Assembly: GCA_963781585.1 (NCBI GenBank)
Contig: CAWAGQ010000007.1
Location: 422,886 to 486,885 of the forward strand
Direction: 5' to 3'
From: an uncultured Gemmatimonadaceae bacterium
GTDB taxonomy: Bacteria > Gemmatimonadota > Gemmatimonadetes > Gemmatimonadales > Gemmatimonadaceae
Length of the DNA stretch: 64,000 bases
Numbering within the stretch: position 1 is the first letter of the stretch; the number at the start of each line of letters is the position of its first letter. This document shows positions 1 to 13,063 of the stretch, piece by piece. The position numbers were made by a program, and so were the translations under genes. Below the pieces are notes generated by a model. That model did no database searches and had not been told where the DNA came from. It saw nothing but the letters and a program-made list of their open reading frames with translations.

Positions 1-411
1 CGCGCGTTCGTCACGCATTCCAGTGCCCTTCTGTTATTGAGTCTGGCCGCCGCCTGCTCGTCGAAGGATTCGTCGTCGCCGGGTGCGGATCCCTGGGTGG
101 GAACGTGGCACGTCACCAGCTTCGTGATCACAGGCTTGGGCGATGTGATTGCCGGCGGGATGACCCTGACGGGCACCCTCAACAGCAATGGCACGTACTC
201 GTTTGCCTACACGAATGACGTCATCGGCGCCTGCAGCAGCGGGACCAGCTGCACGCGCACCGGGAACTACAGCCATTCTGGTAACACGCTCACCATCGAC
301 TCCGGTACGGCGGATGCCGTCACGTTCAACTACGCGATCTCGGGCTCGACGATGACGTGGACGGGAACCATCGATGGGACCCCGGTGACGATCACGCTGG
401 CCAAGGCCTGA
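1..411 (+). CDS. Lipoprotein with lipocalin-like beta domain (5' end probably outside window)
   Basis: Frame is open from base 1; hydrophobic stretch then LAAAC lipobox-like motif; VGTW and beta-rich C-terminus. Confidence 0.6.
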   Translation, partial: RAFVTHSSALLLLSLAAACSSKDSSSPGADPWVGTWHVTSFVITGLGDVIAGGMTLTGTLNSNGTYSFAYTNDVIGACSSGTSCTRTGNYSHSGNTLTIDSGTADAVTFNYAISGSTMTWTGTIDGTPVTITLAKA

Positions 412-787
412 CGCGCGTTCGGCGTCAAGTCGCCGAAGTTATCGAGCATCGGCAGGCGTTTGATCCGGGACGTCAGGTGGACTCGGAAGGCACGCCGCGT
501 CGGGGTCCTCGGTGAAGACGTCGATGGCGGGTCGCAAGCTGCCCTTTCGGAACCGGATAAACCATCCCAGGTCCTCCCAGATACTGGGATGGGTCGACCA
601 CGTCTATCCGCATAACCTGAACCCGGGAACCCACGAGCCTTCGTCAGGATTCACCAGCATTCGCACGGCTACCCGCGCCTGACGGGTCGACGAGCTGGTA
701 GCGTCGGCGCTACGCCATTGGCGGGATGACGCCCGTGCGGCTCGCGCGCCAGGAGGGCGCGCGCCGAACCATTGACGGAGGCACGGT

Positions 788-1342
788 ATGTCAGCCAGCA
801 GCACTGCAGGTATCGACGTGACCACCCGCGGAGGGGCCCCCTCGTGGTCCGAAGGCAGAGAGAAGCAGCGTGCCGAAGCCCTAGCGGTTCGCCTCGAACA
901 GGGGGCCCGCGCACTGGCCGCGTTCGCGAGCGGGCTCAACGACGCGGACTGGCAGACTCGCGTTCCCAAGGACGGTCGCAAGATCGGGGTTCTGGTCCAC
1001 CATGTGGCCACCATGTACCCCTTGGAGATCACCCTCGCGCAGACGCTCGCCGACGGCAAGCCGATAACGGGCGTGACCTGGGACGACGTCCACGCGTTGA
1101 ACGCGCAGCACGCGAAGGACTTCGACGCGGTCACGAAGGAGGTGGCCCTCGACCTGCTCGAGCGCAACAGCGCGGCCGCGGCCGCGGCGGTGAGGGCGCT
1201 GAGCGACGAGCAGCTCGATCTTGCCGCGCCGGTGTCGCTCAACTCCGGCGCACCGCTCACTTGTCAGTTCTTCGTCGAAGATCACGCACTGCGGCACAGC
1301 TATCACCACTTCGCGAGCATCCGGAGGGTGTTGAATCGGTAG
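788..1342 (+). CDS. DinB/YfiT-like four-helix protein
   Basis: DGRKIGVLVHHVA and C-terminal HSYHH His motifs typical of the DinB superfamily. Confidence 0.7.
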   Translation: MSASSTAGIDVTTRGGAPSWSEGREKQRAEALAVRLEQGARALAAFASGLNDADWQTRVPKDGRKIGVLVHHVATMYPLEITLAQTLADGKPITGVTWDDVHALNAQHAKDFDAVTKEVALDLLERNSAAAAAAVRALSDEQLDLAAPVSLNSGAPLTCQFFVEDHALRHSYHHFASIRRVLNR

Positions 1343-1418
1343 GGCCGGGTGCCTGACGACAGCATGAGGCCGCGGCGCGCGCGGGCAGCGCAGCTCGGCC
1401 CATGCAGCGCTGGGACGT

Positions 1419-1811
1419 CTATTTCGCCGGCTGCGCGAAAACGACCAGGTGCCCACCCGCTTCGGTGACACCGACTTCCTCCATACCATAGAACGTGCGA
1501 CGCCGCGGCAACGCGAGCGGGAGGCCGGCGATGCGGCGTTCGATGTCGGTGATGTCGGGCACCTCGATGAACAGGGCTGCGGACGCATCCTTCGAGCGAG
1601 CCCGCGGACCCAGGTCTTTCTCGACACTGGCCCACGTCTGGTACATCAACTCGGCGCCGTCCTTGGCGAGAATGACGAAGCCGAGCTGGTCTCCATCCGG
1701 CACTTCCACCGTCTTCGCCCAGCCCAGCCGATCGGTCCAGAGCGGCAGGCATGGCTCGATGGCCTCGACCATCAGGACCGGGGTGAGCTTCTGGCGGGGG
1801 GCTTCAGGCAT
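1419..1811 (-). CDS. VOC/glyoxalase family protein
   Basis: KLTPVLMVE, LFIEVPDI, TFYGMEEVGVTEAGGH motifs; start placed at ATG 1811 after GGAG. Confidence 0.8.
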   Translation of the reverse strand: MPEAPRQKLTPVLMVEAIEPCLPLWTDRLGWAKTVEVPDGDQLGFVILAKDGAELMYQTWASVEKDLGPRARSKDASAALFIEVPDITDIERRIAGLPLALPRRRTFYGMEEVGVTEAGGHLVVFAQPAK

Positions 1812-1902
1812 TATCGTCTCCTGCTGAGGTCGTGGCATGCGGGGCTTCGCGCCGCGAGGCTGACCGAGATGTAGCACCTGCGACACCGGGAGTCTTGGAA
1901 AA

Positions 1903-2763
1903 ATGGAACAGGCACGGGCCCGGCGCAGCGCGACGGCGATCCCATCCGGGTACGCTGAGCACGCGCCTCCGGTGGACCTTCGGCACTGCGTCGAGTGCTT
2001 CTGGACCCGGCTGAGCGACCCGGCCCGGGGGCCGGCGGCGCAGGAGCACCGGGTGCTCCCCGACGGTGCGACCGACATCCTGTTCGTGTTCGACGGCGGC
2101 GGGAGCGCCGCCACGCGCGCTACCGCCTCGGCGGTTGGCACGATGACCCGTCCCCTGGTGGTGGCCGACGCCGGTGAGTCGCTGTACGTCGGGGCACGCT
2201 TCCGTCAGGGGTATGCGCGGATGGCGTTAGGCGTGCCGGCGATCGAAGTGACCGACGACAGCGTACCGCTGGACGACCTCGCTCCCGTTGGCGCCGAGGA
2301 GATAGAGCGGGTGGCGCGCGAGCCCACGCCGGCCCGCAAGCTCGATGCGCTGGTCGCATTCGTCAGGCGCCGTATCTTGCGAGCCGAGCCTCCGCCCAGC
2401 TGCGTGCGGGCGGCGCTGCACCGCATCGCGCTGGCGAACGGCAACCTGCGGGTTGACGCGCTGACGCATGAGATCGGGGTGAGCCGGCAGCATCTGGCGC
2501 GGCAGTTCGCCGATCATGCCGGCGTGTCACCCAAGGTGATGGCGCGGGTGTCGCGGGTCCGCGCGGCGATCGCGCGCGCGACAGCGACGCCGGGCCGTGT
2601 GGATTGGGGCCGGATCTGCCACGGTCTCGGCTACTACGACCAGTCGCACTTTATCGGCGAGTTCAGGTCGATCGTGGGCATGACACCGGGGCAGTGGCTG
2701 GGCGGGGCTGAGGCAAGGAACGCATGGCCCGCGGCCTGTACAACAGCGCCAGCGTCATCCTGA
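1903..2763 (+). CDS. AraC family transcriptional regulator (DUF6597-type N-terminus)
   Basis: RVLPDG N-terminal motif; C-terminal HTH with GYYDQSHFIGEF; divergent from the VOC gene. Confidence 0.85.
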   Translation: MEQARARRSATAIPSGYAEHAPPVDLRHCVECFWTRLSDPARGPAAQEHRVLPDGATDILFVFDGGGSAATRATASAVGTMTRPLVVADAGESLYVGARFRQGYARMALGVPAIEVTDDSVPLDDLAPVGAEEIERVAREPTPARKLDALVAFVRRRILRAEPPPSCVRAALHRIALANGNLRVDALTHEIGVSRQHLARQFADHAGVSPKVMARVSRVRAAIARATATPGRVDWGRICHGLGYYDQSHFIGEFRSIVGMTPGQWLGGAEARNAWPAACTTAPASS

Positions 2764-2796
2764 ATATCCCTGCTGCCTTCCCCCGGATTTCCCTGA

Positions 2797-4326
<1,530 letters not shown>

Positions 4327-4432
4327 CGCGCGCGACCCCTGCGGTCGCGAGCAATGGGCGCGGGGTGGGTCGGATCCACTCCGCGCCCATATCTTCAGGA
4401 GACAGCAGAGGAGTCGGCCGAACGTGATCGAG

Positions 4433-7385
4433 ATGCCCGGCATGGCCCATCAGGACGAGTCCGGCCCGTTCCGCGGATTCGAGGACCTGATGCCCTATCG
4501 TGTGCAGGACATCCTGCTTGTCTCGAGCCTGTACGATGCCTTCACGCTGCAGGAGGACGGCCGGCTCAACGAGCTGGTGATGACGGAGTTCATCGATCTC
4601 GACACGCACCACACGCCACGCCTCACGCACGTGTCGAGCGGTGCCGAGGCGGTGACGATGGCGCGCGAACAGCGGCGCTTCAACCTCATCATCACCGCCA
4701 TCAATCCGGGCGACATGGACGCGACGCGGCTGGCGCGCGAGCTGCACGAGGCCGGGCTCGACGTACCGGTCGTGGTCCTGGCCTACGACCACCGCGAGCT
4801 GAGCGACTTCCTTGCGCGTGCCGACACCTCACGGATCGAGCGCTGTTTCCTCTGGCAGGGCGACGCGCGAATCCTGCTGGCGATCGTCAGCTACGTGGAG
4901 GACCAGCGCAACGTCGCCCACGACACGGCGAGCACCGGAGTGCGCGTGATCCTTCTGGTGGAGGACAGCATCCGCTCCTACTCCTCGCTCCTCCCCACGC
5001 TGTACACGGAAATCATCCGCCAGTCGGCCAACGCGTCTGGGCGAGGAGAGCAACCTCTCGCACAAGCTCGTGCGCCTCCGCGCACGGCCAAAGATCCTGC
5101 TCTGCACGACGTTCGAGGAGGCGTGGCTGCGATTCACGGCGTACCGCGAGTACGCGTTGGGGATCATCTCCGACGTCGAGTTCCCGCGCGGCGGTGAAGT
5201 GGCGCGCGACGCAGGCTTCGCGCTGGCGCGCGCGGTGCGCGAGCGTTCACCCGACGTGCCGATCCTCCTCCAGTCCGGCCGCGCCGAGCATGCGGCTCGC
5301 GCGATGGCGGAGGGACTTCCGTTCGTGCTCAAGCGCTCGCCGACGATGCTGCACGAGCTCCACGGGTTCGTGGTCGAGCACTTCGCCTTCGGCGATTTCG
5401 TGTTCCGTCTCCCCGACGGCCGTGAAGTGGGACGTGCGAGCGACCTGCGGAGCCTCGAGGCGAAGCTCGCGACGGTGCCGGCGGAGAGCATCGGCCACCA
5501 CGGCGAGCGCAACCACTTCTCCACCTGGCTCGCGGCACGGGCGGAGTTCGCGCTCGCCCATCGGTTACGCCCCCGCCGCGTCTCCGACTTCCGGTCGCTC
5601 GAGGAGCTGCGCGCGCAGCTCATCGACTCGATCGCCGAGTACCGACGCGAGCAGTCGCAGGCGCTGGTGGGCGACTTCGACCGCGCCGCATTCGACGCGG
5701 CGGCGCCCTTCTTCGCGCGCATCGGCGGCGGGTCGATCGGCGGCAAGGCGAGAGGGCTGGCGTTCGTGCGGCGCCTGCTCGGCCTGCACCGCGTGAGCCG
5801 CCGCTTCCCCGGCGTCCGGGTAAGCGTGCCCCCAGCCGTGGTGCTCGGCACCGACGTGTTCGACCGATTCCTGGCCGACAACGAACTGCTCGACTTCGCC
5901 ATTCGCGCGACCGATGACAAGGCAATCGTGCACCGGTTCCTCGACGCGCAGTTACCCGACGACGTCCTCGCTGACCTTGCGGTGTTCCTCCACCACGTGC
6001 ACTGGCCGCTCGCCGTGCGTTCGTCGAGCCTGCTGGAGGACTCGCAGTACCAGCCGTTCACCGGCGTCTACGACACCTTCATGCTGCCCAACCGGCACCC
6101 CGACCCGGGAGTGCGGCTCGAACGACTCGTCGCGGCGGTGAAGCGAGTGTACGCCTCGACCTTCACACGACACGCCAAGGACTTCCTCCGCGCAACGCCG
6201 TACCGGCTCGAGGAGGAGAAGATGGCAGTCATCCTCCAGAAGGTGGTCGGGACCGAGCACGGATCGCGCTTCTATCCGGACTTCGCCGGAGTCGCCCGCT
6301 CCCACAACTTCTATCCTCCGGCGCCGCTCAAGTCCGAGGACGGGGTCGCCGCCGTCGCACTGGGGCTGGGACGGTCGGTAGTCGAGGGCGAACGGGTGCT
6401 CACCTTCTGCCCGCGAGCACCGCGCCACCCGATGCAGTTCTCGTCGGTCCCGGACATCCTCGCCAATTCGCAGCGCCGTTTCTGGGCGCTTGCCTTCGAC
6501 GGCGACGGTGACGCCGGGTACGGCCTGCGTGAGACGTCCTATCAGCTCGATGCCGCCGAGGCCGACGGCACGCTGTACGCTCTGGGATCGACCTATTCGG
6601 CCGAGAACGACGCGGTGTACGACGGACTGTCGCGGCCCGGTGTGCGGCTCGTGAGCTTCGCGCCGATCCTCAAGCACAACCTCTTCCCCCTCGCGGAGGT
6701 CCTCTCGCTGCTCCTCGACATCGGCAAGGGCGGGATGAACCGGTCCACCGAGATCGAGTTCGCGGTGCGCCTCCGCACGCGCGACGAGGAACAGCACGAA
6801 TTCGGCCTCCTGCAGCTCCGCCCGCTGGTGCTGTCGCGCGAGACCGAGGAGATGGAGATCGGCGACGTGGAGCCGGCGGGGCTGGTGTGCAGGAGTCCGC
6901 GGGTGCTCGGCAACGGCGTCGTGAGCAACCTGCGACACGTCGTGGTCGTCGACTTCCATCGCTTCGACCGGGCCCAGAGCCGCGACGCAGCGCGTGCCAT
7001 CGCGCGCTTCAACGCCCGACTCGTCGCCCGGGGCGTGCCGTACCTGCTGATCGGAGTGGGACGGTGGGGCTCGGCCGACCCGTGGCTCGGAATTCCGGTG
7101 ACCTGGGTTGAGATTTCGGGCGCGCGGGTGATCGTCGAGGCCGGCTTCCACGATTACAGCGTGGCGCCGTCACAGGGAAGCCATTTCTTCCAGAACCTCG
7201 TCTCGTTCCAGGTCGGCTACTTCACCACCAACCCGCAGCTCGGCGATGGATTCGTGGACTGGGACTGGCTCGCGGCGCAACCTGCCGTCGCCGAGGAGAG
7301 CCACGTCAGGCTTCTGGAATTCGACCGGCCGCTGGTGGTCCGGATGAACGGGCGCCGGAACGAGGGAGTGATCCACAAGCCGTGA
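4433..7385 (+). CDS. Receiver-like domains fused to PEP/pyruvate-binding (PPDK N-terminal ATP-grasp) domain; one frameshift near 5030
   Basis: ORFs 4274..5197 and 5070..7385 join across about 5025-5040; GSIGGKARGLAF, AVRSSSLLEDS, EEEKMAV, SQGSHFFQN motifs. The frameshift may be an assembly error. Confidence 0.85.
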
Positions 7386-7394
7386 TGCGGGCCC

Positions 7395-8810
7395 TCACGC
7401 GAGTTGGCCTCCGGTGACTCGCTTCGTGCCGGCTATCGGCAGCCGCACGCGAAAGACCGTCCGTCCCGGCTGAGTGACGAAGTCGACGTCTCCGTTGTGG
7501 AGGTGGACGAGCCGGCGGGCCATGTCGAGGCCGAGTCCCGACCCCTTGCCAATGGGCTTGGTGGTGAAGAACGGGTCAAAGACCCGTGCCTGAATCTCTT
7601 CGGGAATCCCCGGACCATCGTCCGATACCCTGACGACCACTGCGTCGCCGCGGGACGAGGCGGTAATGGTCACGGTTCCCTCGCTGCTCGCCGCGTCGAT
7701 GGCGTTGTCGATCAGCTTCTCCCATATCTGATTGAGCTCGCTGCCGAGGCCGTGGACGCGCGGCAGGTCAGCCGCGGTCTCGAGTCGGACCGCAACCGCC
7801 TTCGCGCTCGACTTGCTCTCCAGCATCGCAATCGTGTCGGCGAGGCCCTTCGCCACGTTGACCTCCTCCGGGATCCCCTCACGGTCCATGAACGTGAATC
7901 CCTTGACGGCACCAACCAGGTCGTGGATTCGTCCGGTAGCCGACTCGATCTGCCGTGCTACCGCGCGCGCGGCCGCGCCGCTCACGATCCAGCGTATCGC
8001 GGCGCCCAGCGACTCGTTTGGGAGTGCCTCGGCCAGCCGGTCCAGCGCCGCGAGGCTCACATCGGATGTCGCGAGCGCTTGCGCCGCGACCGGATCGATG
8101 GCGTGACGACCCAGCCAGTCCGCGACATCGTCCTCTCGATCGGCTGCTTCGAGCGCGCTTCGTGTCGGCGCACCTTCCGCGCATTGCGCCCGGATCGCGT
8201 CCACCGCCTCGAGCTGCGCGTCGCTCAGGCGGGCCGCTGCCAAGGCGCGCGACGACACCTCGGCGTCGTCCAGCAGGGCCGCCAGCGTCTGCGCGCCGCG
8301 TGTCGCCGCCGAGGCCGGGTTGTTCAGTTCGTGCGCCAGCCCGGACGCCAGGCGGCCGAGTGACTGCATCCGCTCGTCCTGCAGCTGGGCGGTGCGGTAG
8401 TCGCGTGCGCGGTCGAGCATCTGGTGCACGAGTGCCGTAGTGAGCTCCGGGCACTCGCGAATCAGGTCGGGGAGGTGACTGCGATGCAGGGCAAGCGCGG
8501 GCACGTCCTCCTCCACGACCAACCTCCCGGGCGCGCCCTGGTAGCGCGAGTAGGGGACGATGCCCGCCACGAACCCGGTGCCACCTTCGAAGATCTTGCG
8601 CCACCCACCTTCCTTCGGCATGTACACCGCCATGCGGCCGGCGAGCAGAACGAGCATCTCATCGACGGGATCTCCCGGCTCGCGGACGGTCGTTCCGGCG
8701 CGGTAGTCCCGCACCTCACTGCGCGCGGCCAACCACTCGAGCTCCGCGCGTGGAACCGTCGCGAAGAGCGGCAGCGCGGCGAGACGATCGACGACCTCGT
8801 CAGGATGCAT
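7395..8810 (-). CDS. Cyclic-nucleotide-binding-domain sensor histidine kinase
   Basis: N-terminal cNMP-binding fold; H-box LAHELNNP; NAIDA, DDGPG, FDPFFTTK, GSGLGL boxes. Confidence 0.9.
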   Translation of the reverse strand: MHPDEVVDRLAALPLFATVPRAELEWLAARSEVRDYRAGTTVREPGDPVDEMLVLLAGRMAVYMPKEGGWRKIFEGGTGFVAGIVPYSRYQGAPGRLVVEEDVPALALHRSHLPDLIRECPELTTALVHQMLDRARDYRTAQLQDERMQSLGRLASGLAHELNNPASAATRGAQTLAALLDDAEVSSRALAAARLSDAQLEAVDAIRAQCAEGAPTRSALEAADREDDVADWLGRHAIDPVAAQALATSDVSLAALDRLAEALPNESLGAAIRWIVSGAAARAVARQIESATGRIHDLVGAVKGFTFMDREGIPEEVNVAKGLADTIAMLESKSSAKAVAVRLETAADLPRVHGLGSELNQIWEKLIDNAIDAASSEGTVTITASSRGDAVVVRVSDDGPGIPEEIQARVFDPFFTTKPIGKGSGLGLDMARRLVHLHNGDVDFVTQPGRTVFRVRLPIAGTKRVTGGQLA

Positions 8811-8876
8811 GCGCGCACGGTAGCATCGGGAAGGGACCAGGCACCAGTGCCCGCCTTCGCCTGCCACGGGGGAGAC

Positions 8877-11312
8877 CTACTCCACGCGCAACGCCCCGGC
8901 CGGCTCCGCCCCGGCCGCACGGCGCCCCGGGAGCAGGCACGCGGCCAATGCCACGGCGCACACCACGCCCACCACCGCCAGCACCGTGAGCGGGTCCCAT
9001 GGCGCCACGCCGTACAGAAATCCGCGGAGCGCGCCCGACGCGAAGAACGCCGCCACCGCACCGACCGCGCAGCCGGCGACGGCCAGCAGCAGCCCTTCGC
9101 GCATCACCATGGCGAGGAGTGCTCCGGGCGCGGCGCCCAGGGCCAGGCGGATCCCCATCTCCCGCCGCCGCTGGTTCACCGTGTAGGTCAGGATGCCGTA
9201 GATGCCGACGGCTGCCAGCACGAGGGCGAGCAGCGCGAACATCCCGAGCACCAGCATGATGAAGCGCGGCGGATCCGCTTCGGTCGCGAGCACGCGGTCC
9301 ATGGTCCGCACGTCGGTAACCGGAAGACCCGGGTCGAGCCGATGCACGTCGTCGCGCAACAGCCCTACGAGCTGCGCGCTCGCGCCTGGCCCGCGCAGCA
9401 CGATGTGCATCTCCCGGAACGGGAACTGGTGCGCCGAGAAGTAGGCCGCGGGCTCAGCGGCGTTCCGGATGGAGTTGTTCTTCACGTCGTGCACCACGCC
9501 CACCACCTCGTGGGCGTTGCCGATGGCCATGCGATAGCCGAGCGGGCCGATGTACCGCACGTCGGTGAGGAGCCGCCGGCCGATCGCGCCGCCGTCGGGA
9601 AAGAGCTGGCGGGCGAGCGCTTCGTTCACGATGACCACCGCCATGCCTGACGAGTCGTCGTGGGCATCGAAGTCCCGCCCGCGCAGCATCGGGACGTGGA
9701 GCGTGCGGAAGTACCCTTCGTCCACCATGTGGAACTGCACCGTCGGCTCGTCGCCCGCTGGCACGGACGCTGCCCCCTCCACAACCAGCGGCAGCCGCCA
9801 CGACGGCACCAGCGGCAGGAAATGCGTCGCCCCCGCCGACTGGACCTCGGCGTGCGAACGTAGCGACGAAAGGAGGGTGGCGTAGAATCGGTCCACGCGT
9901 CCCCAGTCGGCATACGCCACGTCAGGCAGCTGGATGTCGGCGCTCACGACCGATGACGGGTCCACGCCGGCGGGCGCGCGCAGCAGCCGGTCCACGCTCC
10001 GCACCAGCAGCCCCGCACCGACCAGAAGCACGACCGCGAGCGCGACCTCGCTCACCACGAGCAGACCGCGAGCTCCGCGCTCACGCGCACTCGCACCGCG
10101 GGCGCCATCGCGCAGCGCGTCGCTCAGCCGCGTCCGTGACATCATCAGCGCGGGCACCAGGCCGAAGACGACCGCCGTGATGGCGGTGAGCAGTGTGGTG
10201 AAGACCAGCACCAGTGCGTTCACGTGCACGTCGCTGGCGCGCGGAATGGCGATCGGCGACCATGCGAGGAGTCCCTTCACGCCGGCAACCGCCACGACCA
10301 GTCCGAGTAGCGAGCCGAGGAGGGCGAGGACGAGGCTCTCGGTGAGGAACTGGCGAACCAGCCGGCCACGGCTCGCGCCGATCGCGGCGCGGACCGCGAC
10401 TTCGCGCCGGCGCGCGGTGGCGCGGGCCAGCAGCAGATTCGCGACGTTGAGGCAGGCGATGAACAGCAGGAAGCCCGACGCGCCGATCAGGGCCAACAGG
10501 GCAGGGCGGAACACGCCCGCGATCTCGCGGTCGAGGGCGATGGCGCGCATGCCCCAGCCGATGTTGGTGGCGCGGAACTCGCTGGCCAGCCGGCCGCCTA
10601 ACGCGGCGAGCTCGCGATTGGCGCCGTCGAGCGCCACCCCCGGCCGGAGTCGCGCCACACCTTCCATGAAGTGGGCGCCGCGACTGTGCTGGGTGAGGTC
10701 CCACTGCAGGCGCTGCCAGACGTCGGTCCCGGCGGGGAAGTCGAAGTCGGGCGGCATGATGCCGGTAACGGTGTAGAGGTAGCCGTTGAGCCGGACGGCT
10801 CGGCCCACCAGGGCGGTGTCGCCGCGGAATCGCGATTCCCAGAGGCGGTGGCTGATCACGACCTCGTGCTCGTGACCGAACAGGCCCGTGTCGACCGCGA
10901 AGCCGTGGCCAATGAGCGGCCGCGTGCCGAGGAGGGAGAAGAGGTTCTGGCTCGTCTCGACAGCCGCCACGCGGATCGGATCGGCGTTGGCGTCGTCGGT
11001 GAGGTTGAGCTCGGGGCGCCACCAGGCGGCGGCGTCGGTGAAGACGCCATGCAGCGACCGGTAGTCGACGAAATTGACGGGCGAGAGGGGCTCGTGGTCG
11101 AGCGACTTGTCGCGGTTGGTCGCCCAGAGCATCACGAGCTGCTGCGGACGTGCGAACGGCAGCGGTCGCAGGACGACGCCGTCCAGCAGGCTGAAGACCG
11201 CGGCGGCCGCGCCGGTCCCCAGGCCGAGGGCGAGGATCGCGGTGACGGCGAAGCTGCGCGAGCGGAAGAGGCTGCGGAAGGCGAAGCGGATGTCGCGGGC
11301 GAGGCCATCCAT
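8877..11312 (-). CDS. ABC transporter permease, duplicated MacB/FtsX (ADOP-type)
   Basis: DIRFAFRSL start, LFIACLNVANLLLAR, second FtsX repeat RRREMGIRLALGA. Confidence 0.92.
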   Translation of the reverse strand: MDGLARDIRFAFRSLFRSRSFAVTAILALGLGTGAAAAVFSLLDGVVLRPLPFARPQQLVMLWATNRDKSLDHEPLSPVNFVDYRSLHGVFTDAAAWWRPELNLTDDANADPIRVAAVETSQNLFSLLGTRPLIGHGFAVDTGLFGHEHEVVISHRLWESRFRGDTALVGRAVRLNGYLYTVTGIMPPDFDFPAGTDVWQRLQWDLTQHSRGAHFMEGVARLRPGVALDGANRELAALGGRLASEFRATNIGWGMRAIALDREIAGVFRPALLALIGASGFLLFIACLNVANLLLARATARRREVAVRAAIGASRGRLVRQFLTESLVLALLGSLLGLVVAVAGVKGLLAWSPIAIPRASDVHVNALVLVFTTLLTAITAVVFGLVPALMMSRTRLSDALRDGARGASARERGARGLLVVSEVALAVVLLVGAGLLVRSVDRLLRAPAGVDPSSVVSADIQLPDVAYADWGRVDRFYATLLSSLRSHAEVQSAGATHFLPLVPSWRLPLVVEGAASVPAGDEPTVQFHMVDEGYFRTLHVPMLRGRDFDAHDDSSGMAVVIVNEALARQLFPDGGAIGRRLLTDVRYIGPLGYRMAIGNAHEVVGVVHDVKNNSIRNAAEPAAYFSAHQFPFREMHIVLRGPGASAQLVGLLRDDVHRLDPGLPVTDVRTMDRVLATEADPPRFIMLVLGMFALLALVLAAVGIYGILTYTVNQRRREMGIRLALGAAPGALLAMVMREGLLLAVAGCAVGAVAAFFASGALRGFLYGVAPWDPLTVLAVVGVVCAVALAACLLPGRRAAGAEPAGALRVE

Positions 11313-11505
11313 CAGGCGAGTCCTCGGCTGGGCGTTGTGCGGGTCAATTTGGAGGACGTTGGTTGGACATGGGGAGCGGAAGAAGGGTTGAGGGATGGGG
11401 CGGATCGCGGTGGGGGTGGATGGTTCAAGGGCGAGTCATGCCCCGACGGTCGAGGCGTGCGGGGAATCGGCGTGAATTTCTCTCCCACCACGCTGATTCC
11501 TGGTT

Positions 11506-12162
11506 TCAGACCGGGCCCCGCGTCTTCGCTTTCCACGTCTCGCGGTACCCCGTCCACAGGTGCCAGACCGTGATGCCCAGCACCCCTCCGGCGAAGATGC
11601 CCATGAGCGCCGTGCCCCAGTTGGGCCACGAGTGGGTCGTGAAGTTGGCGACCTGCTTGGTGCCGACGATGCCCGGCATGAATGGGACAATTGTTACGGG
11701 CGCATGAGGGTCGAGATCGTGGCCGAAAACATACAGCTTGTACACGAAGCGCACGAAAGCAAAGAGCGTGATGTATCCGGTGATCACCGAAAGATCGATC
11801 AGCGTGCGCACGTTGCCGATCGCGGCGGCGCGCAGCGTCAGGATCACCAGCAGCCCGAACGCAAACGGGATCCAGTCCAGGTCCGCGAACTGACTGCGCT
11901 CGATGCGTCGCATGCCGATGTAGTGGTTCAGCTCGTTGATCTCCTCGATGTCGTGGCCGGCGTGGCCGGCACCGAGCTTGTACGCATAGACATCCATGTA
12001 GAGGCCTTGCGGGTACTGGGGCGCTTCCATGCTGATGCGCCAGAGGGGGCGCGTGAAGCTCAGCGCCAACGGGATCACCAGCAATGCCAGCGCGATCCGA
12101 CTTCCGAACCGGATCGGCTGATTCAGGAACTCCTCAAACCGGTCCACCAGCGGGTGTGTCAT
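11506..12162 (-). CDS. nosB: Clade II nos-cluster membrane protein (NosB-like)
   Basis: PLWRISMEAPQYPQGL and INELNHYIGM motifs, about 4 TM helices, last gene of the nos operon. Confidence 0.7.
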   Translation of the reverse strand: MTHPLVDRFEEFLNQPIRFGSRIALALLVIPLALSFTRPLWRISMEAPQYPQGLYMDVYAYKLGAGHAGHDIEEINELNHYIGMRRIERSQFADLDWIPFAFGLLVILTLRAAAIGNVRTLIDLSVITGYITLFAFVRFVYKLYVFGHDLDPHAPVTIVPFMPGIVGTKQVANFTTHSWPNWGTALMGIFAGGVLGITVWHLWTGYRETWKAKTRGPV

Positions 12163-12229
12163 CCTCGCAACCTCTCGCGGTTTGCGTGTTCGCGCCGGTC
12201 GGCAGCTCGTAACAGCCCACGCACCGCCG

Positions 12230-13063
12230 TCATACCAGGTCTCCGCCGCGCAAGGCGCGGCGGCCGGTCAGCCAGCCAAGCGTGCCCACGACCGCCGGCC
12301 ACAGCACGCCGGCGGCGAACAGCCAGCCGCCGCCGAGCCGTGTGGCCAGGAAGAAGCCCACAGGGCCCAGCGTGCCCAGCGACGGGTCGGTGCCCGACAG
12401 CAGCGCCAGTCGGGCCATCTCCACCGGGTTCAAAGCGGCCAGCGCGAAGACCGCCACGTCGGGCAACCGCCACTCCAACATGAGGCCCACCAGACCGAAG
12501 TCCAGCAGCGCCACGCCCAGAACCCAAACCAGCAGCAGGTACATCATGGCGCGCGGTGGCTCCCGCACCAGAGTGGAGATTGCGAGGCCGAGACCGACGA
12601 AGCTCCAGAGCAGGGCCGCGCTCACAGCCAGCATCTGACCCAGAAACACCCACGGAACCGGCTGGCCGAAGACAATCCATCCGCCTAACGCCAATGCCGG
12701 CAGGAGCACCAGGAGCGGCAGGAGGAGCGCGCCGTAGCGGACTGCGGTGACGGCGGTGTAGTAGTCCGCACGCGTCACCGGGAGGCTGAACACCAGCTCG
12801 AGCGTGCCATCCTCCCGCGCCCGGTTCACCACCGTCGCCGTCCCCGTCAGTGCCAGCAGCGGAAGCAGCAGCACCAGCGCGTGCGACAGCGAAAGCAGCA
12901 CACGACTCATGCCCGTGAAGCCGAGCACTGCGGACTCCCGCATTCCCACTACCAGAAACAGCCCGGCCAGCGCGGCGTACAGCCCGACGCAGAGTGCCAG
13001 CCAGCGCGACCTCCGCACGTCGCCCAGATCGAGCCGCGCCATCGCTGCGACCGTCACACGCAC
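12230..13063 (-). CDS. nosY: NosY ABC transporter permease
   Basis: Multi-TM ABC-2-like permease (EDGTLELVFSLP, LNPVEMAR) following nosF. Confidence 0.85.
   Translation of the reverse strand: MRVTVAAMARLDLGDVRRSRWLALCVGLYAALAGLFLVVGMRESAVLGFTGMSRVLLSLSHALVLLLPLLALTGTATVVNRAREDGTLELVFSLPVTRADYYTAVTAVRYGALLLPLLVLLPALALGGWIVFGQPVPWVFLGQMLAVSAALLWSFVGLGLAISTLVREPPRAMMYLLLVWVLGVALLDFGLVGLMLEWRLPDVAVFALAALNPVEMARLALLSGTDPSLGTLGPVGFFLATRLGGGWLFAAGVLWPAVVGTLGWLTGRRALRGGDLV

Noticed and set aside
562..592. 9-bp inverted repeat CCATCCCAG...CTGGGATGG
   Set aside because: Single occurrence, no U-tract, no supporting context
4331..4349. Hairpin after gdhA as a terminator
   Set aside because: 7-bp GC stem without a U-tract; common by chance at this GC content
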